Assembly (NCBI GenBank): GCA_001179505.1
Contig: CDMY01000275.1
Coordinates: forward strand, 310,001-374,000
Reading direction: 5' to 3'
Source of the DNA: Vitrella brassicaformis CCMP3155
Taxonomy: Eukaryota > Protista > Chromerida
Length of the DNA: 64,000 bases
Shown here: positions 1-11,859 of the stretch, piece after piece
Layout: each line of letters begins with the position of its first letter
Position numbering within the stretch: the stretch's first letter is position 1
Translations under genes and position numbers: made by a program
The notes under the pieces: generated by a model
Database searches by the model: none
What the model was told of the DNA's origin: nothing
What the model saw: the letters and a program-made list of their open reading frames with translations, nothing else

Positions 1-3000
1 TGACCCTGTCGGCCGTTGGTGTCGTGGCCGTTGTGGTCATTGTGGTGGTGGTGGTTCTGCTGCGACCGCTCCTCGAACAGTGTCAGCAGCGGCTGGAAGA
101 ATGCTGACGCGTACATGACGGGGAAGGACATGCTGCTGCTGCTGCTGTTGCTGGGGGTGGTGACACCCTCGTTCTTGATGCGACGGGCAAGCTCTGCAAA
201 CACAGACAGCATCACACAGTGAGACAAGAGACAGACGTATGAGGCCGGTGAGTGACCCATGTGCTGTTTTGGGTAGGTGGCTCACTTGGCTCCTGCTCAA
301 TGCGCTGGCGGATGACGCTGTCCGCCACGCTCTGCAAGTCCTCATCTGTGGATCGGTCAGCCCTCCTCGGCTCCCTGCCGTGATGCCTGCGGTAGAACTC
401 CCGGAACAGCGACGCGAAGGCGCCATGGAAGGGGTACTGAGGCCGACGGACACTGTCGTCGCCGGCAAGGTAAGCCCGGTGGGAAGTCTGCAGGGGTGAC
501 ACAACCAGCGGCGATGGATGGATGGATGGATGGACCATGTGGTGTGTGTGTGTGTGTGGCGTAGCGTACTTCCGCACAGAGTGAGAGGTAGTCCTGGAAG
601 AGGTAGAGGGGAATGAGTGCTTGGATGAGGGCGTTGAGGTAGCAGTAGTTCTTGATGTTCGACAGCGCACGCAGCAGGTACGGACGCGGCGACTGATGTA
701 TGTGACACACACACGCACACACACACATACACACACACATAGGGACGTGCGAACACTGCATATGTGCAGCAGCACATCTGTGTGTCGTACGTATGTCATG
801 TGTGTTCTCACATACCGGTTGCATGATGAAGAGGTCCGGGTCCATTGCCATCCGCCTGGCCTCCGCCTCGCTGACCTGTCCGCTCTTCGTGAGGGCGAGA
901 GTGCGGCGCTTGACATACATCTCATACTACAGGCCACGCACAACACACAAGCACGGTGTCGACATGGATGGTGATTGATGCACCTATCTACGTTTCTCCC
1001 TCCCTCCCCTTGGTCTCCTTCCTGCCTGCCTTACAAACGTACGTGGTAGAGCCGGTTCCGCTCGAATGGCTGGAGCTGTGTCGGGAGGACAGTCCTCGCC
1101 TCCATCAGGCCCCAATATACCAGCCGAGTCAAGATGCTGAAGGCCGCCCCGCCGTGCGGCACACATGCCAACGCCGCGTTGGCCAGCCACACAGGTGACA
1201 GCATCCGCCGCCCCACCCACTCGTTGCCACCCCTCTCCCTCTCCCTCACCAAGCCGTCACCAGCAGCGCTGCCGTGAGGGGTAATCGGCACTTCGGTGCC
1301 TGCGGGGGATGGCAGCTGGGCCGTGGCTGACGGCGTGTCCCAGACACTGCCGCCATTGAGTTGTGGGCGTGGCCGAGGAACGGTGGTTGTCGCCTGGGGG
1401 CGCGCGGCGACGGATGAGGATGGCACAGACGGGACGACAGGGGGCGCCGATGCTGCTGGTGCTGCTGGTGCTGTTGGAGGTGCTGGTGCTGGTACTGGGA
1501 TCTCGCTGGGTGATGCTGCTGCAGCAGCATGTGTGGGGGACGCCTCGTCGACCGCCCTCTCCCGCCGCAGCATGAAGGCGCCCTCATGATAACCCTTGCC
1601 CTGGCTGACTGTCACGGGCGTCCACTCCTGGCCGGCGTCCCACTGGATGGTGAGAGTGAAAGCACTCTTGCCGTGGGGCACCTGGGAGGGCACTGAGACC
1701 CCCTCCTCATCGACATTGGCCGACCGCAGCATGTCGCTGATGGCCTCCACGCACTCGCTGATGGCGCGGGTGAGGTCCATGCGGACGTCCTGGCTGTCGA
1801 CCACGACTGTCGGCCCCACGCGGCTGATGCTCGTGAGGAGACGGCCGGTTTGCGGGGCGAGGGGGACGCCGCCAGGGGTGGAGGGGGCCAAGGTGGCCGA
1901 CTGGTTGAAAGAGTGCTCGAGATACCACTGCACACAAACACAGGCACACGGTACGGATTGTCGGCACCAGACGCATCGCATCCATCTGCTAGCTCCACGC
2001 CAGGCCCACCTGAGTGCGGTCACTCCAGCTGTCCTCCAGCCCTCGAAGCACATCCGATGCGCGCAGCACGCCTGCGCCAATTGGTTCCTCATCGACGTGC
2101 TCAACATCGAGACAAGTGGGGGCGGGATGATGACGGGGACGGGATGAGGAGGAGGATGAGCCGGGAGGCTTCCGAGACTTGACCGAGCCCGTGCTGCCAC
2201 CTGCAGCCGCTGCGCTGGTGGGGGTCCTGCCGTCGTGAGGTGTGGATGTGATGCTTTCCACAGTGGCGTCCGTCTGAGGCTTCCGCTTGGCCTTTGAGAT
2301 GGCCATCCACTCTCCCTCAACCACTGAGTCGCCTGCCACCGCCTCATCGTTGTCAGCGGCCTCGTCCGCCCCCACCCCGTGGCCGTCCTGTGTCGTGATG
2401 GTGGTCATGCTCTCGATCAGCGCCGTCTCGAGGGCGATGTCGCTCTCGTCGTCCTCACGATGGCTCTCGACATCCTCCTCCTCTTCATCGTCATTATCAT
2501 CGCCATTGTCGTCGGCTGTGGCGGCCGTTGCTGTGGTGGATGCGTTGATCTTGCTGCTGGGGTCTGCCCTGCCCCTGCCCCGAAATGCCCCCTTGGTCTT
2601 CTTCTTTGGCTCCTTCTTGGCCTCTGCCTCCAGCTCCTTCCGCTTGATGGCGTCGGCCTTCTCCTGCGCCAGGAGCTGCTTCTCCATCTGTGCCGCCCTC
2701 CTCTGCTGCGCCTCAAGCGCCGCTGCACTCATCGGCTTCGCTGGCGGCTGCTGCACAGCACCGCCCTGCTGCTTGGCCTTCCGGCGGTCGCGCTGCTCCT
2801 TCTTCTTGGCGAGCTTCTCGTTGCGTGTCTCGGGGTCCTCCTGAGTGGTCTCGGTGTGCCGCGTCATCATGAACTGAGAGACGACGTCACGGTCAAGGGC
2901 CGAGGGGCCGGGGCCCAGGTGGTCGTCGAGGTAGGCGAAGTCCTCGTAGCGCAGGCCGTCGGGACACGTCCACTCCCGCTGCTTGCGCCTGTGGCCAGCT

Positions 3001-3407
3001 GACATGACACGGACACACAAAGAGGGAGAGGAGAGGGACGGGGCAGTACTGAGTGGTCTGTGAGATGGATGCAGTCTAGTTGCCCACCCACCACCTACCG
3101 AGAAGCAGTGTCTTGTCTTGCCTCATAATGTGGGCTGCCTGCCAGGCCTTCTTCAGGCACTCCGTTCCTTTCTTGACATCCTCCTCGCTGTACGTGCCTT
3201 TGGGGATGCGAAGCAGCTTGTCCATGTCCTCCTTGACCTGCTGCTGCTGGGCGTCACACGACGCTGCACACACACCCACATAGACAGACAGACATGTATA
3301 CACACAGATAACCAGTCAGCTGGCGGGGCGGTGGCGTGTGTGTCAATCGACCGACCCACCGATTTGGTGGCCGAGCCCATGGCACATTTCGTCAATGTGC
3401 ACCTGTT

Positions 3408-3444
<37 letters not shown>

Positions 3445-6400
3445 TTGACCTGCTCGATTCGATTGCCCGGGGATGTAGGTCGTGTCTGCCGTGTCTGCTT
3501 TGGGTGTCCTTGCCGCTGACCTTCTTCTCGAGGTTATCGTCGGCTTTGGCGTAATCGTCTTGTATGCATGGCGGGAGGCCGCCGGTCTCCTGGATGAAGG
3601 CCTCCGCGGCCGCCCCCTCGGCTGCCTCATACCGGTCGACCAGTCCCCTCCGCTCCCTGTCACGAAGGTCGGTACATCGCTGCACTCAGACAGACACAGA
3701 GGGAGGCCACACAACAGTATGTCTGTCTGTCTGTCTGCTCTCCTCCCCTTCCTGCCTCCTCCGTCACGTACCCTGAGGTACTGCCACAGCCAGTTGGCGA
3801 TGAAGTCTTTGATGATCTTGGCGGTCGTGACAGCGTCGAGGTGCCGAAGGTGGCGGCAGTCCGTGGTGAGCAGGTCGAAAATGACACCACTCACGAACTT
3901 CGCCTCGCTGCCCTCGGGGGCCTCGCCCTCGTCGTAGCCCGCCATCTCCAGCAGCTTCATCTCCTCTCCCATCTCCTCAGCCGAGTGGCAAAGCCGCCAG
4001 CCGGTGGCGAGCGCTCCAATTCTCATCCGAAGCACATACATCTCCGCCACAACGCTCTCGGCGCTCGGCTGCTGCTGCTGATGGTGTGATGGATGTCCTT
4101 TCCGGCCGCCCGCGGCTCTGCCTTTGCCCTGCCCGCCTCCGCCGCCTGCACCGCTCTTGCCGTCCCTCTGCCGATTCTTGGTGAACTTGTCTCGCTCAGT
4201 TCGCAGCAGCCTTGACTTGACGTCTGCCAGCCACCCCAGGGGATCGGCCTTCTTCCGCCCTGTCCCCTTGCTGTGCGCTGATGTGGATGCGTCGTCGGCG
4301 GTCAGCTTCTTTGGCCGCTTGTACTCGCCGAAGTACGCGTCGAGGCATGTCGTGAGCCACTGCGGCGGGGTGAAGGGCCGGCCCAAGAGGAAGGCCCTCT
4401 CCAGCAGCCGCACCTGGTCCATCAGCCGGCATGCCAGCAAATCCCGCAAATCGATGATCCACGGGAGCTCATTCACACCCCGATAAGGGACGAAACCTTC
4501 GGGTAGATACTCCGGGTCCGGCACCGGCACCGGGGGCTTCATGTCCCGCCCAAAGAGGCCGTTGAGGGGGTGCGGTGCATAGAGGCTATCGCGGACCCAC
4601 TGCTGGAGGTCGGCCAGGGAGGGCTCCTTGCTGTCCATCCGCGGCTCGAACATCTTGCAGAGGGCGAAGAGGGAGAGCAAGTCGAAGCATCCCTCCTCGC
4701 GGCCGATGCGATCCAGCACCGTCAGCATCTGCTCGTGACGCCAGGGGAGGTCGAACCAGACGTCCGACACCGGCACGAGCACGGCAAAGAAGGCGTCCAC
4801 GATGAGCGGGATGTCCCACCGCACGGCCCACCGCGCCGCCACCTCGTCCCACTTGGCCGCATCAATCGACACACGGCCTCTGCGGTCGGCCGCCTCACCA
4901 TTGGCATTCTCCTCCTCCCCCTGTGTGCCGTCAGTGCCGAGAAGCTCCGTCAGAGTGCGGGGGCGGAGACCGTCGCTGCCGCATGTGGCGGCTGATGGGC
5001 CTGGCTCTCCATCCGCACCGTCCGTATCCTTGCCTTGGCTGTCTTGTGGTGTGGGGGAACCGCTCTCGGGGGTGGCTGCCGGCGAGGCCGACGGTGGCCC
5101 GCTATCGCCTCCCCACTCATGCGAGCCGGGCTGCATGGCCAGGGCACTCTCAAGGTGCTCGAGCGCCGCCACGATGGCAGTCGGAATCTCCTTACGGCTG
5201 GCAAGAAAGGCCTCGAAGGTCGGGGAGGGGCGGGGGCCGGATGGACGGTCTCGATCCGACGGGGGAGGAAGAGGGTGCCGAAGGCTGTCGAGGTCGCTGT
5301 CGCCTCCATCATGGTTGCGCACCTCACGCAGGACCTGGGCGATTTTGTCGTAGCCGCAGCTGGCCTCGAGGTGCCTCACGAAGAGGTCGTTGACTACCGA
5401 CTTCATCAGCAAGCCGGGGAAGTGATGGACAAACCCCTGTAGGCAGGCGTGGCGTGCATCAAGGAACCACACCAGGCACACCAGGCAGTCAGACAGAATC
5501 CCATCCATCTACGCGCTGCATGCATGGATATTCCATCAACGAACCGCACCTGGATCGGGCGTATCTTGTCTACGGCGTCCCAGGATAACCTGTCGGGCTC
5601 GTCATCGGGATCGAACCCCACGATGCCGCTCAGGGGCGGGCCGTCCGACCCCACTTCTCTGCCCGCACTCAGCACGTCTGGCAGCCACTTGGGCTCTACA
5701 AAGATCTCGTGACCCTCGGCCAGCTCGGCCCCCTTCCTCACACTCCGCTCCAGGCTGACCGTGAGGGGCACACGCACCAGCCGCTGCAGGCTGCACTTGC
5801 AGTCCTCATCCCTCGCCGCGAAGCACGGGCAGCCCTCTCGCTGGAGCTTCCGTGAGTGGTAGCTGGAGAGCTTCTCGCACCTAATTAAGGCTTGGACCTC
5901 CTCCTCTGCCGACTTGTCCGGCCGGCCGTGCATCCTGTCGTGGACGAGCTTGCGGAGGTGAGAGAGACGAGACGAGAGCGAGGAGGGATCTGTGGAGGGG
6001 CGGGAGGAGCTCTCGGAAGGCCGCTGCTCGTTCCCATTCTGCTTCTCCATCCCCATCTTCCTCTCCTGGGAAGCAATCCATGCCGCCGCACGAGCAATGT
6101 CGTGCTGGTTGGCTGAGTTCATGGGGAAGAGTCCCTCGCCGAGCTCGGTCACCGCGTCTTGGATATTCGCGATATTCTCGATATTCTCCCTCATGCTTTT
6201 CTCCATCATCTCGATCTGCCCCATAAGCTCCTTGTGCTTCCAGAAGTCAGGTTCATCCTCGGGCGGCTGCGGGCAGAACTCATTGGCGGAGCCGCTCCGC
6301 TCCGCCGCCTCGTTCATGTCGATGACAGAGGTGCTCTCGCTGGGCGGGGAGGCCGAGGGCGGCACGGAGGCATCGTCGGCCTCCTTCGCACGCTTGCTCT

Positions 6401-6620
6401 TCTTGCTGCCCCTCTTGGTCTTCTTCTTGGGCTTCGGTGGACCGGCGGCAGCACCTGGTCCATCAGCACCTGCTGCTGCTGCAGGGCTGGCATCGTCATG
6501 CCCATCAGGCTGATCCCGCTCTTCCTCTGCATCATCAGGCTGGCACTCATCATCTTTGCCGTCGGCACCGTCGCGGTCTGCTGACGGCCCGTTGGCTGAT
6601 GGTCTCTCGGGGTCGGCCAT
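1..6620 (-). CDS. Large (roughly 1800+ aa in window) multi-exon protein with a C-terminal ubiquitin-specific protease (peptidase C19)-like domain; 3' end runs off the left edge
   Basis: ATG at 6620. About 12 exons join in frame through GT-AG sites (e.g. 5550/5437, 3521/3405, 1034/928). The exon near 690-570 encodes ALSNIKNYCYLNALIQAL, matching the USP Cys box (GLxNxGNTCYxNxxLQxL). The His box is not in the window. The N-terminal ~1600 aa is unrecognised. Confidence 0.7.
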
Positions 6621-6878
6621 TGAGATGGCGGTGCGGGTGACTGACCACCGGAGAGAGTCACGGGCTCACGCTGCTCTGCAGGTACATGCGAAGAACACAA
6701 AGATGGACAATCAATGCCCGGGGATATAGATCAGGTACATGGATGCTTTCCTGCTGGATGGGGTCGTGTCACTTCCTCGAGAGCGTGGCGCAGATCTCGC
6801 CGCAAGACACACACTTAAATCCTCTTAAACGTCCAACACCCACATACAAGGCAGGGACGGCACATTTCTCTCTCCACC

Positions 6879-6923
6879 GCGAGCTCAAAGGCTTCGAGAA
6901 ACCGATGTCGCCCGCGAGCTTGA
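6879..6923 (+). promoter_or_regulatory. Two GCGAGCT core matches (partial copies of the upstream motif)
   Basis: GCGAGCTCAA at 6879 and GCGAGCTTGA at 6914, in the 330-bp divergent spacer. Confidence 0.4.
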
Positions 6924-6950
6924 GGCTTTGTTGGTCTTGGGCATCAATCA

Positions 6951-8362
6951 ATGATCCGCCTTCCTCGGTTCTTTCAGCCCATCCATGTGGCTAACGTGTT
7001 GCTGATCCTTCTATTCATCCCGGCGCGGCTCATGTCGCCGGCCCTGCAGGAGCTCACCGCCACACAGGACCAGCACACGGGGTTGCGCCGCGATTTGTGT
7101 GCGGTTGTGGTGCTGGGTGTGTTCTTTGTCTTTCGCTCGAATCGCAAGGCCACGTGGGACCACAAGCTGCTGGACTTGTTCGTGTGGACCAAGTCGCTGA
7201 TCCTGGCGTCCTTCTGGATGTCCAACGTCGTCATGGGCCTCTGGTACTCCTTCCTCTGCCTCTGTAAGTACGCAATTAATGCACTCACTCATGCAGTTAG
7301 TGCAGTGCAGCAAGGCAAGGAAGGCAGGGCAGGGCAGGCCGAAATGATGCACCCAGTTGTCCATGAGGGAGGGAGGGCAGTACTGATATTCATTTCGTTG
7401 TGGTGTCTGTCTGTCCGTCTGTGTGTGTGTGTGTGTGTGTGTGTGATGGATGGGATGCAGGTGTGTGGTTGGTCTTCCCGTTGGGTCACTATCAGGGCGA
7501 GTCTAAGGTGGAGATGATCGACGGTAAGGGCCGGTTTGCCCACCTGCTGGGTCTGGCGGGCAAGGGCCCGCTGCTTGACAAGACGCTCGAGGTCACCTGG
7601 TTGATCCTCTTCTACAAGCCATTCAGGAAGGAGTGCTCCGAGCCCCAGGTCGTCATCGCCAACCTTTCACTCAAGTAAGCAGACAGACAGCCAGACAGCC
7701 AGCCAGCCAGACAAACGATGGACGGATGGATGGCTGTATGGATGTTATGTGACTGAGTGATTGCATTGATTGCATTGCATGGCGGCTCGGCTGTGTGTAT
7801 GTGTATCTATCTCCCTAGGTACACGAGTGAGAGGTTGCGGTTCGGCAAGGTGGACATCTCACGCAACGCTGTCCTCGCCAAACGATTCCAAATCGACGTA
7901 CGCACGCACGCTACGTGAGGGAGGGAGGGAGGGAGGGAGGGAGGGAACATCCGTATCTATATCTCTTTCTGTCTGTGTTTGTGTGTGTCAGCCTGATCGG
8001 TCAGACCAGCTGCCCACCTTCATCCTGTTCGAGAGAGGACAGGTGAGACAAACCGCACCGCCACACGGCACTCACTCACACACACGTGTGTGGTCTCTCA
8101 CCCGTGTGGTGTGTGTGTTGGCGGATGTACATGTCAGGAGGCCAAGAGGGCGCCATCGCGCAACGCCAAGGGCGAGTACCCGCGCCTTAAGTACACCGAG
8201 GACTCCCTGTGCTCGTACTTCGGCATCGACAGGGGCGCCGCCGCACAGCAACGAGCGCCCCGGAAGAAGAGCAAAGGCAACGCTGCGGCCAGCCAGGAGT
8301 TAACAACGGGTAGTAGTGGTGCTGCCGCGGCGGCACAGAGTGAAGGGAAGAAAGACAGTTAA
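6951..8362 (+). CDS. TMX2: Thioredoxin-related transmembrane protein 2-like ER membrane protein, 5 exons
   Basis: N-terminal hydrophobic segments, then a thioredoxin-like fold: TWLILFYKPFRKEC, KYTSERLRFGKVDISRN, QLPTFILFERGQE. These match TMX2 TWIVEF..DC, LNFGKVDVGR and QLPTLILFQGGKE. C-terminal KKDS is a di-lysine ER-retrieval signal. No CxxC. Confidence 0.85.
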
Positions 8363-8929
8363 CTAACTAGTGGAGTGGAGTGGAGTGTGGTGTGGGTTGT
8401 GCATGCCATGCGGCTGTCATGGTCATGATTGCCTGTGTGGGGGTGGGCTGGGGTGGCAGACATTGTATTGTCGATCAGTCGGTGGCCAGCCAGCCGGCTC
8501 GACGCGTCTGTCGTGTCTGTCGTGCACACGTGTGGGTCACTCACTCACTGTCCGTGCCACGCCACGCCTTACTTGGATGAGAACGGGATTGCTTCGAGAC
8601 AGTCAGACAGAGATTTATGTGGTCGTTAGTTATTCTTCATGTTACCAGCCGCGTGCCACATAAACATGAATTTCATCGTGCTGCAGTGCAGTGCAACACA
8701 GCCGTCCATCGAATCGACGGAGCCCTTTTGGTTTGCAGCTGGGCGATCCGACTCCTCTGCGCGAGCTCGGCGTGGAAAAGAAACAGGTCAAAGGTCATAT
8801 TCCCCGCTCCACGTGACGCTTGACGTGTGCCGCTTCGTCTGCCCGATATCAGCAGTTGATCTCTCTCAAGCATCGATCTCCGCTGCTGGCTTGACACAGA
8901 CAGCACTGAGTCTTTCCTTCCTAAGAGTG

Positions 8930-11235
8930 ATGGAGTGGATGCTGGTGACAGGGCTGTTGGCGGCTTTGTGGGTGGGTGTGGACGTGGTGCTGCTGGGGTC
9001 GCCCTATCTGTTCCAGATCATGTACAGCCAGTTCCTGTCGGTGGTCGGCTTCATCCTCACCTACAACCTCATCCCGCCTTTCGCAGAAAAGCTCAAGGCC
9101 AGAGGACTCTTCGGCAAGGACCTCAACAAACCCGGCAAGGACGTGCCGGTGTAAGTCAGTCAGCAAACACTGCACTGTGGGGCGGGAGGTTGTATGTGTT
9201 GGTTGTGTGTGCTGTATGTATTGTGTTGGTATGCCACTAGGCCTGAGGCGCTGGGCATCATCCCCGGCACGGTATTCCTCGTGTGTGTCATCCTATCGCA
9301 GTTCATGTTCTCATCAGACGCCGTCAAAGTGAGCGACTCAGCTCAGCTCAGCTGCCATGCGACACTCATCACTCGACTCGACGACCTGACCTGCATTCTG
9401 TCTGTGTCTTTCCGTTTCGTCTGTGTGTCTGTCTGTGTGTCTGTGTGTCTGTCTGTGTGTCTGTCTGTGTGTCTGTCAGTTGCTCGAGTACAACGCTGGT
9501 CTGCTGTCGATATGCTTCATGATCCTCCTCGTGAGCAGCACACCCCTCCCACCATTTGAACAGCGCACCCAATGTGTAGTACAGTTGTGAATGCGTTGCA
9601 TTGGTTGCATTGCTGTTGAGAGGGTTTCGTGGACGATGTCATCGATCTGGCCTGGAGGTACAAGCTCATGCTGCCCACATTCGGTAGGCAGGCAGGCAGG
9701 CAGGCAGGCAGACAGCAGAGCATGCGGCCCTTGGACTTGACGGACTTGTGTGTGTCGTGTCGTGTTTACTCTACCGCAGCGTCCCTTCCGCTGCTGATTG
9801 CTTACCGCGGGTCGACATCGATTCTCATTCCCAAGTGGATCGCATCCCTCATGTCAATACCGCACCTCATTAACCTCGGTAGGCACCTCACTCCCTCCCT
9901 CCCTCCCTCCCTCGGAGACCTCTCCTCCTATCGGCAATCAGAAGGAGAAAGGCATTCGGTCATGGTTGTGATTGCATTGCGTTGCGTGTCGTCTGTTCAG
10001 GCTACTTTTACCACTTGTATATGGGGCTACTGGCCATCTTCTGCACCAACTCTATCAACATACTCGCAGGTCTGTCTGTCTGTCTGTCTGTGTGTGTGTG
10101 TCATCTGCCCGTCTGTCCTGCCCGGATGTGTGTGTGCAGGTGTGAATGGTCTAGAGGTGGGTCAGTCGGTGGTCATCACAGTGGCCACCATCCTACACAA
10201 CCTCCTGGAGCTCTTCTGGAGTGTCGAAGACGGCACCGCGGACGACAACCCATTCGCATCTATGGTGAGTTGGGCGGTGGAGGTCGGTTCCGTGTTGGAT
10301 GGATGGATGTGTGCCCCGCCCCCAGCATTTGTTCTCGTTGCTGATATCGTTCCCCTTCTTGGCCTGCTCATTAGGGCTCCTCTGTCACAACTGGTGGGTG
10401 GGTGGGTGGGCAGGGGGGCCGGCGGGCTTCGACGACCGCAGCACGTACGTCACATCACGCGTGTCGTGTGTGCCTCTTGGTTGGTTGGCAGGTACCCCTC
10501 CCGCGTCTTTGTGGGCGACACATTCACATACTTCGCGGTAAGTGTTTAGGTGGGGGGCGTGGCTTGCCGCAAGCCGGGCAGATTAGATTGATTTGAGGGG
10601 TATGCTATTTCTCCCTGTGTTGTCATGGATGGCATGGCCACTGACTGACTGACTGACTGACTGACAGGGGATGTTTTTTGCGGTGGCTGGTATTTTGGGT
10701 CACTTCAACAAGACCCTCCTGCTCCTTTTCATACCACAACTCCTCAATACCATCCTCTCACTACCACAAGTGAGTGAGCTGAGCCAACCAACACCCATGG
10801 ATGGATGGATGGATGGATGGCCGCATTGCGAGCCCGACATTGCTCTCCTTCCGTCTCTCTCTGTGTCTGTCTCTATGTTATGTGCGTTATGTGCGTCAGT
10901 TGTTGGGTGTGATCCCCTGTCCGCGTCACCGCATCCCGCGGTGTAACCCCAACACAGGGCTGCTCGAGCCGACACCCAACCTGACGCTACTCAACTTCAC
11001 TCTCAGGGTACATACCTGACCTGAACACCTGGGGGGACGGACGGAAAGAGATGCTATGCCGTGCTTGCTGGCCTGGCCTGGTGTGTGTGTGTGTGTGTGC
11101 GTGTGAGGATTTCAGTTATTTGGTCCGATGACAGAGAAGAGGCTGGTGCAGATCCTGCTGCTGTTCCAGGTGCTGTGTTGCGCCGGTGGGCTGGTCATCC
11201 GGCACTACTCGTCCCTCATGTTCTTCTTCGTCTGA
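8930..11235 (+). CDS. DPAGT1: UDP-GlcNAc:dolichyl-phosphate GlcNAc-1-phosphotransferase (first step of N-glycan precursor synthesis), about 12 exons
   Basis: Spliced motifs [99 protein letters not shown]. Stop TGA at 11233-11235. Confidence 0.96.
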
Positions 11236-11859
11236 CTGATGATGTGCCCGTCATGACATGTATGGGGCCGCCACGTCGTGGCCATGGAGATGGAGTGTAT
11301 GAGCCAGACAGCCAGCTGTTTTTCTAGCCAAGCCGCCAATTCAATAATTCAGCCAGTGTCGTGTCTTGTCTTGTGTGCGCGTGGATTGGGACTGGATGGG
11401 TCAAAGTGACCCAGGGCTGATCGACTCCTTCCCTCTATCTATCTATTATGCTATCGATGCGGTGTGCGTTTATCAGTCGGACAGACCAGACGCGATAGAT
11501 GGGCTGAGTGAGTGGAGTGCCCACGTGTAGTGTAGAGCTATCGCCCACATGGGTGCCGTGCCAATGGGGGCCTGGTGTGCGTATGTTTGCTCGTCGGTCG
11601 TCAAGAGGACGGACGGACGGACGGATAGCTCGTTTTGAGCGATTGATTTACTCACTCTACACATGACCGTCACTCACGACATAAAGCACGAAGCCACACA
11701 TGTCTTGTCCTACCATGTACCACCTCCGTACTGTACACTTACAAAACCTCCCACACACACGTCCACTCCACACGACACATGACATGACATGACATGCAGC
11801 ACAACGGCACACCTGTCTTAGCTAAGCTACGCTACGCTACCCCCTGGTGTTGTGTTCAT

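Noticed and set aside
6686-6994. 102-aa ORF in the USP-like/TMX2 spacer
   Set aside because: No recognisable motif, out of frame with TMX2, and it lies in the shared promoter.
6951-11235. TMX2 and DPAGT1 adjacent as an ER functional cluster; also MDN1, NOM1 and the PUF-like gene as a ribosome-biogenesis cluster
   Set aside because: Small numbers and broad categories, with unrelated genes interspersed; chance is sufficient without synteny or co-expression data.
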